A stretch of 41,316 nucleotides of DNA from a bacterium CG2_30_37_16 (lineage in GTDB: Bacteria; Patescibacteriota; CPR2), in contig MNYC01000006.1 of the NCBI GenBank assembly GCA_001872945.1, forward strand, positions 1-41,316, written 5' to 3'. This document shows positions 34,978 to 41,316 of the stretch, piece by piece. The notes beneath the pieces are model-generated. The model did no database searches, was not told the DNA's origin, and saw only the letters and a program-made list of their open reading frames with translations. Both the position numbers and the translations under genes were made by a program. Positions within the stretch are counted from its first letter, which is position 1, and each line of letters opens with the position of its first letter.

Positions 34978-35046
34978 GGGCACATTATAAACAGTAAACA
35001 AGAAACAGTAAACAGAAAAGCACAGAAAAGCTCGAATAACAAATTT

Positions 35047-35081
35047 CTCAGCCCAAGGCTGATCCGCCTCTGGCGGAAAAT
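35047..35081 (+). repeat. 35-nt double mini-hairpin repeat unit (CAGCC-n-GGCTG, CCGCC-tct-GGCGG)
   Basis: CTCAGCCCAAGGCTGATCCGCCTCTGGCGGAAAAT matches the reverse complement of 13544-13579 with 2-3 differences. Confidence 0.7.
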
Positions 35082-35093
35082 TTCAAATGTCAA

Positions 35094-35107
35094 TTCGAAT
35101 ATTCGAA
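35094..35107. promoter_or_regulatory. perfect 14-bp palindrome TTCGAATATTCGAA (candidate operator)
   Basis: The sequence is its own reverse complement. It lies about 95 nt upstream of the first ORF of the orphan operon. Confidence 0.3.
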
Positions 35108-35201
35108 AACATATTTATAGGTTCTGATTAATGTGGTAATTTAAGGATGATAAGGGGACGTAAAGTTGCTGAAAGGCATTAAGCGATAATTAGCGATAAT
35201 T

Positions 35202-35588
35202 ATGGAAAGTCCAAGTTTTAATCCGGAAGCAAATAAAGATGAGGTCGAAAGCGGCATCGTTAGAGTTGAAACAGATTTGGCAACTTATAATATTATTGGT
35301 GATGATCATGATATAGTGCTAAAACCGGAAGCCATTCCCGAAGAAGGCGATATGGTGTTTTTAGAATGTGCAGATAACTTTGCTTCTAATCCGGATAGAA
35401 TGTTTAATGACTTTTACAAAGATCCATTGATAGGGCCGATTTTGGATAAATGTCAGAAAGAGGGTAAGTTTGTTGTTTTTGGTGATGTTGCTGTTAGCGA
35501 TACTTTATTTAACGTCGAAGATACTTTACCGCAAGTCGAAAAATTAGCCGGTTATGGATTAATGACTTATGCCCTTCTAAAATTTTAA
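35202..35588 (+). CDS. hypothetical protein (128 aa, acidic)
   Basis: ORF with no SD; the ATG directly abuts a 2x10-bp direct repeat AGCGATAATT (35182-35201). No family recognised; weak GDDHD / FLECAD motifs. Confidence 0.4.
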   Translation: MESPSFNPEANKDEVESGIVRVETDLATYNIIGDDHDIVLKPEAIPEEGDMVFLECADNFASNPDRMFNDFYKDPLIGPILDKCQKEGKFVVFGDVAVSDTLFNVEDTLPQVEKLAGYGLMTYALLKF

Positions 35589-35653
35589 AACCTAGCTTAG
35601 AAACCATTCTAAATAAAATTGCTGATTAACCCAAAAAAACTGGAGATAAAAAT

Positions 35654-36169
35654 ATGAGTCGGAGAGATTTTTTAAAGATTTCTGCGGCGGCGGTTGCCGG
35701 GGTTTATGCGTCAAAGACTCCAAATCTTGTGGAGGCCAGTCATCTTACTCATTATCCGGATGGGAGTGCAAAATATACTCTTTCTGCGGCAGAGAAGATG
35801 CATCCGGAAGTAGGTGCGTTCGTGGTTGACTTTAGAAATTTGATTTTAGCTTACAAGCAAATTTACATGGCTGAAATGTTTAAAGAGGAAGAAAAGGGCA
35901 GGAAAGCAAATATTACTTCAGTTATTGGCGCCAGACATGTAAATATCGAAAATAATTTGAAAAAAAGTAGAACGGAGTTATTTCAAGAGATAGAAGAAAG
36001 AGCGTCAGTTATAAAAGATTTAATGCCGGGAGACAAAGAAGATTTAATAGCGAGTATTTGTACTTTTACGATATTCTACCCAAGAGGTAACAATTGGCAG
36101 TCTAAAGTTTATTCCATAAACGAACTTGTAGATCTTTTTGATTGGAAAAACGATAAAAAAGCAGCATAA
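35654..36169 (+). CDS. hypothetical exported protein with twin-arginine (Tat) signal peptide
   Basis: MSRRDFLKISAAAVAGVYA matches S-R-R-x-F-L-K plus an h-region. CTGGAG SD upstream. The mature part is not recognised. Confidence 0.55.
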   Translation: MSRRDFLKISAAAVAGVYASKTPNLVEASHLTHYPDGSAKYTLSAAEKMHPEVGAFVVDFRNLILAYKQIYMAEMFKEEEKGRKANITSVIGARHVNIENNLKKSRTELFQEIEERASVIKDLMPGDKEDLIASICTFTIFYPRGNNWQSKVYSINELVDLFDWKNDKKAA

Positions 36170-36274
36170 AGAGTAACAAATTCTAAATAGAAATCATTGC
36201 AAAATAGGCTATTTTGTCATATAATTCCATAATGGTTCGTTAATAATTAAATAAACATAGACAAGAAAAGGGGA

Positions 36275-37468
36275 GTGGGTAAAGTGTTATTATTTAACGA
36301 TATTGAAGGTGGTTTCGGAGATTCTGATCAACTAACGGTGGCAAGTAGCGGACTTAATACAATTTCAGAAAAAAGTGGTTGTTCCCTTGGTCATATAGGG
36401 GTAAGCAATGGAGATTTAGTTCGGTTTAAAGATGGTCGCATGGAGCTTCAAATAATGGATGCGGAAAATATAACGTGTTTTCAGGGACTAAAGCCTTTAC
36501 CGGAAATAACTGGAGAAATAAAGAAAGTAGTATTTATTGAAGGCTCTAAATATTCCGGACGTTATGACGTTGAGGGCATTTCTGACCTCGGAGATGTTTT
36601 TTTAATAGAAACCCATATGGGTAGAAGTCAACTTTTCATGAGGGCTGGAGTTGCTATACACTCTTTGAGTGATGAGGAAATTTCGTTCGAAACGCTGGTA
36701 AAGCTTGGATTCATGAGTCAGAAAGAATTAGAGGAGCTATACAGTGAGAGAAGAGAGTACAATCAGTTGTCCAAGCAAATTGAACAGTGGGAAAAGGAGC
36801 GATTGGATTTACAGCCTCAAATGCTGGGTAAGGGACTTTTAGAAAGTAACAAAATTTATGGCAAGATCAAAGATTTGGAAAAAGAAATAGCCAAAACAAA
36901 AAAGAGGCTTTATGGAGAATGGAAGTGGCTAGGTAAAAAAAGAGTGTCTTTTGCTGATTTAGAGGGCAACCCAAAACTTGTTCCGCCGTCTGCGTGGCAG
37001 GGTAGGGCAATAAAAGATATCTTGGATGTCAAGTTACCGGAAAGGTATAGAAGTGAACGCATGAGCGGTCATTTCCTCTTCTTTAAGGATGGGTCAATTA
37101 GTACGCCTATTTTGTGTATTTGGGGGAAAGGGAACTGGATTCACTACAATACGGATGGCCTAATTAAAGCCGAGATTCTAACCGAGTCTAACAAGAAACA
37201 GATGGTGAAAAACTTCAACATAGAATTGACAAATTGCAAGATTAGGCAGGCAGAGGATAGGAAGCGGTGGAGGGAAGAAGATCAACAAAGGAAAAAAGAG
37301 GAAGCGGAAAAAAGGCGAATTGCAGCTTTGCCTAATGAAATACGGGAGCTTAGGACAAAGCTTAATGATTTTGGATTAAGCTATCTGCGGACTGTCGGTA
37401 TCCTAAAGAAAATTAGGGAAATTGAGCAGGAAATTGAAGCGCATCAAAAAAGTGAATGCAAATTATAG
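36275..37468 (+). CDS. hypothetical protein with central and C-terminal coiled-coil segments
   Basis: About 394-397 aa (GTG 36275 or GTG 36284, after AAGGGGAG). Charged heptad-like regions (EELYSERREYNQLSKQIEQWEKERLDLQ; RQAEDRKRWREEDQQRKKEEAEKRR). No family recognised. Confidence 0.55.
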   Translation: MGKVLLFNDIEGGFGDSDQLTVASSGLNTISEKSGCSLGHIGVSNGDLVRFKDGRMELQIMDAENITCFQGLKPLPEITGEIKKVVFIEGSKYSGRYDVEGISDLGDVFLIETHMGRSQLFMRAGVAIHSLSDEEISFETLVKLGFMSQKELEELYSERREYNQLSKQIEQWEKERLDLQPQMLGKGLLESNKIYGKIKDLEKEIAKTKKRLYGEWKWLGKKRVSFADLEGNPKLVPPSAWQGRAIKDILDVKLPERYRSERMSGHFLFFKDGSISTPILCIWGKGNWIHYNTDGLIKAEILTESNKKQMVKNFNIELTNCKIRQAEDRKRWREEDQQRKKEEAEKRRIAALPNEIRELRTKLNDFGLSYLRTVGILKKIREIEQEIEAHQKSECKL

Positions 37469-37486
37469 TTGGGGAGGTAGGTAGAA

Positions 37487-37837
37487 ATGCCCAAAAGGCT
37501 AATAACTATTACCATCATTATTCTGGTGGGCCTTATTTTTATGGTTGGATGTGCAGCTTACGCATCCTTTTCTCAGAAGAGCACAGAAGAAAACTCAGCA
37601 ACCACTACAACAACTTTGTCAAAAGATTGGGAAAAAATAGAAGGCATTGTTCGGGAGTGGGATTTTGATTCAGAACCGTATGATAAATCTATAACAGTAG
37701 TACGATTTGATAATAATGAAAAGTACGTGTTCGATGGCATAGTTAATAATCTGAAGTACAAAGAAGAGGTTTTTGCAAGAATTTGGTACCAAGAATATAG
37801 ATATAGCATTGAAAAAATAGACTATCCTTCGAGATAG
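37487..37837 (+). CDS. hypothetical lipoprotein
   Basis: Signal peptide MPKRLITITIIILVGLIFMVGC with a lipobox-like MVGC. GGGGAGG SD upstream. Confidence 0.55.
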   Translation: MPKRLITITIIILVGLIFMVGCAAYASFSQKSTEENSATTTTTLSKDWEKIEGIVREWDFDSEPYDKSITVVRFDNNEKYVFDGIVNNLKYKEEVFARIWYQEYRYSIEKIDYPSR

Positions 37838-37851
37838 GAAGGGCGGTTTTT

Positions 37852-38040
37852 ATGGCAGAAGATAAAGGTGATACAGAAACAGTTGATAAATCAATCGATC
37901 TTAATGACCTTAAAAATGAGATTGATAAGCTGCAATCTTTATTAAGAGCTAATGAGTTTGGACTAATATCCTGGCACATGGTTTTAGATGAAAAGATGAG
38001 AAATGTATATAATATTCTTTCAAAAGTTTATGGCAAGTAG
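37852..38040 (+). CDS. hypothetical small helical protein (62 aa)
   Basis: AGGAAGGG SD upstream. It is the last gene before a strong terminator. Confidence 0.4.
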   Translation: MAEDKGDTETVDKSIDLNDLKNEIDKLQSLLRANEFGLISWHMVLDEKMRNVYNILSKVYGK

Positions 38041-38056
38041 CTATAAAAGATATTCG

Positions 38057-38083
38057 GCCGGTGAAAAAATCACCGGCTTTTTT
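38057..38083 (+). terminator. rho-independent terminator
   Basis: GCCGGTGA-aaaaa-TCACCGGC followed by TTTTTT. Confidence 0.8.
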
Positions 38084-38092
38084 AAACTTTAA

Positions 38093-38185
38093 AATAGTTA
38101 TCGCATTATTTATGATGTGAATGATATGGAAATAGTAATTTTAAAAATTGGCCACAGAAGAGAAATTTACCGTTTTTTCTTATGA
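38093..38185 (+). pseudogene. C-terminal remnant of a RelE/ParE-family toxin gene
   Basis: The open frame reads NSYRIIYDVNDMEIVILKIGHRREIYRFFL-stop. This matches the conserved RelE/ParE C-terminal pattern (YRiiYeidd..ivIl.vGHRkdiY). An in-frame TAA at 38090-38092 and the lack of any upstream coding sequence show that only ~30 codons survive. Confidence 0.55.
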
Positions 38186-38282
38186 GCGATTATATATCTT
38201 TGGTCAAAACCGATCAGGATTTTGTTTACACGAAGATATATAGTATTATTAGAGTGTAATTATTAATAAAGAGGCAAAAGTT

Positions 38283-38636
38283 ATGGCTGATGAAAAACAG
38301 GGAAAAGATAAAAAAACAGCATTAGGCTTAGATGAAAATGTAGAAGCTTTGCTTTGTTACGCGCTTGGTTGGGTAACCGGAATCATTTTTTTACTTTTAG
38401 AACCAAAAAACAAAGTGATAAAATTTCATGCCGTGCAATCAATTGGTGTTTTTTTAGCAATGACAATTCTTATGAAGGCGTTAGTTTTTGTTCCGATTTT
38501 GGGATGGCTTTTAATTCCTTTTGTCGGTTTAGCAGGTTTTATTCTTTGGATTATTTTAATGGTAAAAGCCTATAACGGTGAGAAATATAAATTGCCGGTT
38601 ATTGGCGACATCGCCGAAAAACAAGTAAACGGATAA
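38283..38636 (+). CDS. DUF4870-like small membrane protein
   Basis: ALLCYALGWVTGIIFLLLEPKNKVIKFHAVQSIGVFL, then 2 more TM segments. The family name is recalled from memory. Confidence 0.6.
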   Translation: MADEKQGKDKKTALGLDENVEALLCYALGWVTGIIFLLLEPKNKVIKFHAVQSIGVFLAMTILMKALVFVPILGWLLIPFVGLAGFILWIILMVKAYNGEKYKLPVIGDIAEKQVNG

Positions 38637-38663
38637 ATAATAAGTAAGACACAAGAAACAAAA

Positions 38664-38721
38664 AATCCCATTCCTATTATTCCCTCTCCCCCGGGGAGAG
38701 GGTTAGGGTGAGGGTGTTTTT
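38664..38721 (+). terminator. nested-hairpin terminator module (repeat copy 2)
   Basis: CATTCCTATTATTCCCTCTCCC-ccgg-GGAGAGGGTTAGGGTGAGGGTGTTTTT, homologous to 19160-19217. A second small hairpin plus T-run follows at about 38737-38759. Confidence 0.55.
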
Positions 38722-38842
38722 GAATAACCAAAAAAAGTCTCTCTAAAAGAGGCTTTTTTGAAATGTCAAAATCTAAATTACAAATTTCAAATGAATACCA
38801 AATGTTTAAATATCAAATTGTCATTCCGGACATTCATTCACA

Positions 38843-38990
38843 CATTCCGCACTTTATTATTGTTCGACTCCTCGAAGAGGGTGGAGAACTCTTCGGCAAG
38901 CTCAGGACAGGCTTGAAGCTCTGAACTTCAGGGCTTCGTTCCACTTCGCTCGAAGAATAATTATGAGTGATTAATGTTAAGTGCGAAATG
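38843..38990. repeat. GC-rich long compound hairpin (element D1)
   Basis: The arms are CATTCCGCACTTTATTATTGTTCGA and TCGAAGAATAATTATGAGTGATTAATGTTAAGTGCGAAATG. They enclose smaller hairpins (GAAGAG..CTCTTC; GAAGC..GCTTC). Confidence 0.5.
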
Positions 38991-39017
38991 CGTGTCATTT
39001 AGAAAGTACAATAAGTT

Positions 39018-39137
39018 GCCTGCCTGCCCGAAGCTGAGCGAAGGAGGGATCCGGAATCCATTTCTTCTGAATTCCCGCTTTCCACCTTCGCACAAGGCTA
39101 CAATGGACAAGTCGCGGGAATGACAGGGAATAATGAC
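39018..39137 (-). repeat. GC-rich modular nested-hairpin repeat, copy D2 (inverted orientation)
   Basis: The reverse complement reads GTCATTCCCGCG-[34 nt]-GCGGGAATTCAGAAGAAATGGATTCCGGATCCCT-CCTTCGCTCAGCTT-CGGGCAGGCAGGC. This is block-for-block the same order as copies A and C. Confidence 0.7.
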
Positions 39138-39184
39138 GATCTATTTTTCAAGTCCGCAACTGTTGGATAATGCAGTAACCCTTT

Positions 39185-39222
39185 GAAAAATAAAAAAAGC
39201 TCGACTTTTATATAGTCGAGCT
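39185..39222 (-). terminator. rho-independent terminator (minus strand)
   Basis: AGCTCGAC-loop-GTCGAGCT, followed on the minus strand by a U-run (TTTTTTTATTTTT). Confidence 0.6.
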
Positions 39223-39316
39223 AAATTGCTCCTAATCAACAAGCTCATAACCAGGGCAAATTTTTTTGTGCCAAGCGTCTAGCGTCTTGATTATTACTTT
39301 TATGGCTGATAGCGGC

Positions 39317-39559
39317 TTAGGGCACTCTCTTGCGTTCTTTTTTAGGTGCTCTTTTCTCATATGCATCAAAAATAAAATTTATTGCGTAGATTATTGCTAT
39401 AAATAGAAATATAAGCAAATAGACAGCTAGGACTAAGGCGGAAATAGCGGCAGTCAAAAGAAAAAATAGAGAATAATCTGGCCATTTCAATATTGACCCA
39501 TACGTATGCTTAAAATAATTTAGGACAAAGAAATCTATAATTCCCCAAAATAGAGCCAT
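39317..39559 (-). CDS. hypothetical small membrane protein (80 aa)
   Basis: Two hydrophobic segments and a basic C-terminus. There is no clear SD. A terminator lies downstream. Confidence 0.35.
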   Translation of the reverse strand: MALFWGIIDFFVLNYFKHTYGSILKWPDYSLFFLLTAAISALVLAVYLLIFLFIAIIYAINFIFDAYEKRAPKKERKRVP

Positions 39560-39675
39560 AAAGAAGAGACCAGTAATGTCATCACTTACATAGGTATTAT
39601 TATTTTTTTTTGCGTATGATGGCTCCGGTTATCAGTCCGGGCGCTAAAAATGGAATGACAAAAATATATAAGTAA

Positions 39676-39855
39676 GGGGACGGTTCTCTCTTAAGAACAT
39701 AATTACACTTTTTGTACCTAGACTATTATTTATGTTATCAATAATAGTTATTCCAAAAATATCTGGGCTCAAATAAGCAAAGATACGGAGAACAAGGTAA
39801 AATTAACCGAAAATGTACAAAGGTGCAAAGACCTGTTTGATTGAGAACCGTCCCC
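39676..39855. mobile_element. MITE-like element with perfect 13-bp terminal inverted repeats
   Basis: GGGGACGGTTCTC (39676-39688) and GAGAACCGTCCCC (39843-39855) flank 154 bp of AT-rich sequence with no ORF. The interior is itself loosely palindromic (CACTTTTTGTAC / GTACAAAGGTG). Confidence 0.55.
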
Positions 39856-39904
39856 CTAGTCGTTTATAAGTTCTTGAAAACTTTGTTGATGATTCTCGCT
39901 CATA

Positions 39905-40687
39905 TTATTTAACTCCCGAGGTTACACTGAATATTGTTCTCTCGTCAAATAAATCATCTTTCTTCGGTTCGCCTAAATTCTTTCTGAGAGTGTCTTCAAA
40001 TTCCTTTAATCTATCGTCAAACATAATAGGCGATGCAAATGATGTAGAATAGAGATAGCCCAAAATTGAATCAAAATTCCAGCGCCTAACAACTTCAAAA
40101 TCCTTTACTGTCACATCTTTAAAGCCATGTCTTTTGAGCATTGACTCATATGGCTCAGATGGGGGAGAAAAATATCCGTTTCCCGCTCTTCTTTTTTCCC
40201 CAAGAAAGTATTGTATTGTCTGTTTTGTAGTTTTTTGCCAAGATGCATTACCATTCCATAGAGTATAGTCGCCAAGTAACGCGAGTCCGCCTCCTTCTTG
40301 TAGAATTGATTTGCAGTTAACCATCACAGCATCTTGATTCATCCAGTGGAAAGCCCTAGATATTGTTACTAAATCTATGCTGCCTTTTGGTCTTAAAAAA
40401 TCTTCAGCTTTTGAACATGAAAATTCAACCTTATCGCCACAATTCTTAAGAGAATTCTTAGATACTCGAATCATATCTTCTGAAGAATCAACACAGACCA
40501 CTCTGGCCACATATCCGCATAATGATTTTGCAATTTGCCCAGTTCCACAGCCTAAATCTAAGACTATGCTCTTGTTGTTATCCAATGAAAAAGTTTTTTT
40601 AAAATAAACGACCATCTCTTTCGGTAAACCAGGTCTATATTTGTCATAATAATAGGCAACGCCGTTGAAGAGTTCTTGGTTGGACAT
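39905..40687 (-). CDS. class I SAM-dependent methyltransferase
   Basis: VLDLGCGTGQIAKSL (motif I), VCVDSSEDM and LALLGDY motifs. Confidence 0.8.
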   Translation of the reverse strand: MSNQELFNGVAYYYDKYRPGLPKEMVVYFKKTFSLDNNKSIVLDLGCGTGQIAKSLCGYVARVVCVDSSEDMIRVSKNSLKNCGDKVEFSCSKAEDFLRPKGSIDLVTISRAFHWMNQDAVMVNCKSILQEGGGLALLGDYTLWNGNASWQKTTKQTIQYFLGEKRRAGNGYFSPPSEPYESMLKRHGFKDVTVKDFEVVRRWNFDSILGYLYSTSFASPIMFDDRLKEFEDTLRKNLGEPKKDDLFDERTIFSVTSGVK

Positions 40688-41024
40688 GACTTCCTTTAGT
40701 AATAGAACTAAATAATGATTCTTCTGCTACTAGCTCATCCTCTGCTTCCCAGGCTGGATTTGTAATAGCTTCCAAAACTAACGAACCAGTATTATTTGTT
40801 TGGTGTATTTCTTTGGGTTCGATTTTTACTACAACGCCTGATTTTAATTCAACTTCTGATATTTCACCTTTTTGATTTTTAACTCTAAGGATACCTGCGC
40901 CTGATATTATCACATAGCTTTCGGTAGTTTTATTGTGATAATGGGCTGTTGAGATACCTTCTACCATTTTTACTCTTGCAAAACCTACTTCAGAAGTAAA
41001 GCTTACTTTAACGGAGCCACACAT
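40644..41024 (-). CDS. cupin-domain protein
   Basis: About 126 aa with a beta-rich cupin pattern (HYHNKTTESYVIISGAG ... IEPKEIHQ). Its 3' end overlaps the methyltransferase start by 44 nt. Confidence 0.7.
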   Translation of the reverse strand: MCGSVKVSFTSEVGFARVKMVEGISTAHYHNKTTESYVIISGAGILRVKNQKGEISEVELKSGVVVKIEPKEIHQTNNTGSLVLEAITNPAWEAEDELVAEESLFSSITKGSHVQPRTLQRRCLLL

Positions 41025-41102
41025 ACTATAATGGTACCCAAAATTTAGACACCAAAAAGACCCCTACTACCTGGTAAAATAAGAGGTAGAAAGGATCAAA
41101 AA

Positions 41103-41316
41103 ATGAAGAAACAATTCACACCAAACCAGAAAGCTGCTATCGCTTTAGAAGCTATTAGGGGAATAAAAACAGCCGCCCAGATTGGAAGCGAACACCAGGT
41201 TCATCCGGTAGCCGTCGGTACCTGGAAAAAACAGCTTTTAGAAAATTCCTCCAAAATCTTCTCTGAGAAACAAGAAAGGGATGATAAGCAAAAAACTATT
41301 GACGAGCTTTACCGGC
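41103..41316 (+). mobile_element. IS3-family transposase orfA (HTH, Transposase_8-like), 3'-truncated by the window edge
   Basis: MKKQFTPNQKAAIALEAIRGIKTAAQIGSEHQVHPVAVGTWKKQLLENSSKIFSEK follows the IS3/IS150-group OrfA pattern (F.pe.K..iaLeal.g..t.aelas...vhp.qi..WKkqll). GAAAGGA SD upstream. Confidence 0.8.

Noticed and set aside
37456-37668. 70-aa ORF overlapping the lipoprotein gene start
   Set aside because: It is in a different frame from the SD-preceded lipoprotein ORF (37487..37837), overlaps the end of the 397-aa gene, and has no SD.
1-41316. CRISPR array or other regularly spaced repeat array
   Set aside because: The many repeats are palindromic hairpins or inverted arms of different lengths at irregular positions. 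No series of equal-length direct repeats separated by unique spacers is present, and there are no cas genes.
1-41316. Alternative genetic code (TGA recoded, as in some candidate phyla)
   Set aside because: Several well-conserved genes end at TGA at the expected length (for example hypC at 4660-4662, hypD at 5739-5741, and the ATGA-coupled junctions). Conserved domains are not interrupted by TGA.

Overview
AT-rich bacterial chromosomal segment using the standard code (TGA works as a normal stop here). My guess is an uncultivated, CPR/Patescibacteria-like lineage; that is inference from gene content and repeat style, not a database result. Both window edges end in transposase fragments: a transposase-like 3' end at 2..193 and an IS3-family orfA 5' end at 41103..41316. 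From left to right the window holds: a small operon with a split atypical receiver domain; panD; [NiFe]-hydrogenase maturation genes hypF-hypC-hypD-hypE with no hydrogenase structural genes or hypA/hypB; a non-canonical NRAMP-family transporter; a stand-alone aeRF1-like mini-protein; a ZIP transporter; thrS plus two CheY-like receivers behind a candidate T-box leader; a small-protein/MaoC operon; tRNA-Val(GAC); two overlapping CdaR/PucR-type regulators; and a membrane protein. Next comes a galT-dedA-PIG-L operon, then a ~13-kb visibly more AT-rich surface-glycan cluster. That cluster carries an O-antigen-ligase/TPR protein, a UDP-glucuronate-4-epimerase-like enzyme, a Wzx-like flippase, 2x GT2, 2x GT4, an AsnB-like amidotransferase, DUF2304 and three SAM methyltransferases (a fourth MTase lies outside the cluster at 39905..40687), one of them frameshifted. 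After it come an orphan five-gene operon of unknown function, a RelE/ParE toxin remnant, a DUF4870 protein, a MITE-like element, a methyltransferase and a cupin. The least ordinary aspect is the intergenic DNA. Nearly every long spacer is filled with palindromic repeat families: AT-rich arms sharing TTCTAAATCCTAA, GC-rich modular nested hairpins, a 30-bp perfect palindrome bracketing hypC, and duplicated nested terminators. Some of these have been absorbed into gene ends or sit inside the thrS leader. I see no CRISPR array, restriction system or other recognisable defence system. The best candidate for something undescribed is the orphan operon at 35202..38040, followed by the repeat families. 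All family calls rest on motifs read by eye and recalled family knowledge; no searches were run.
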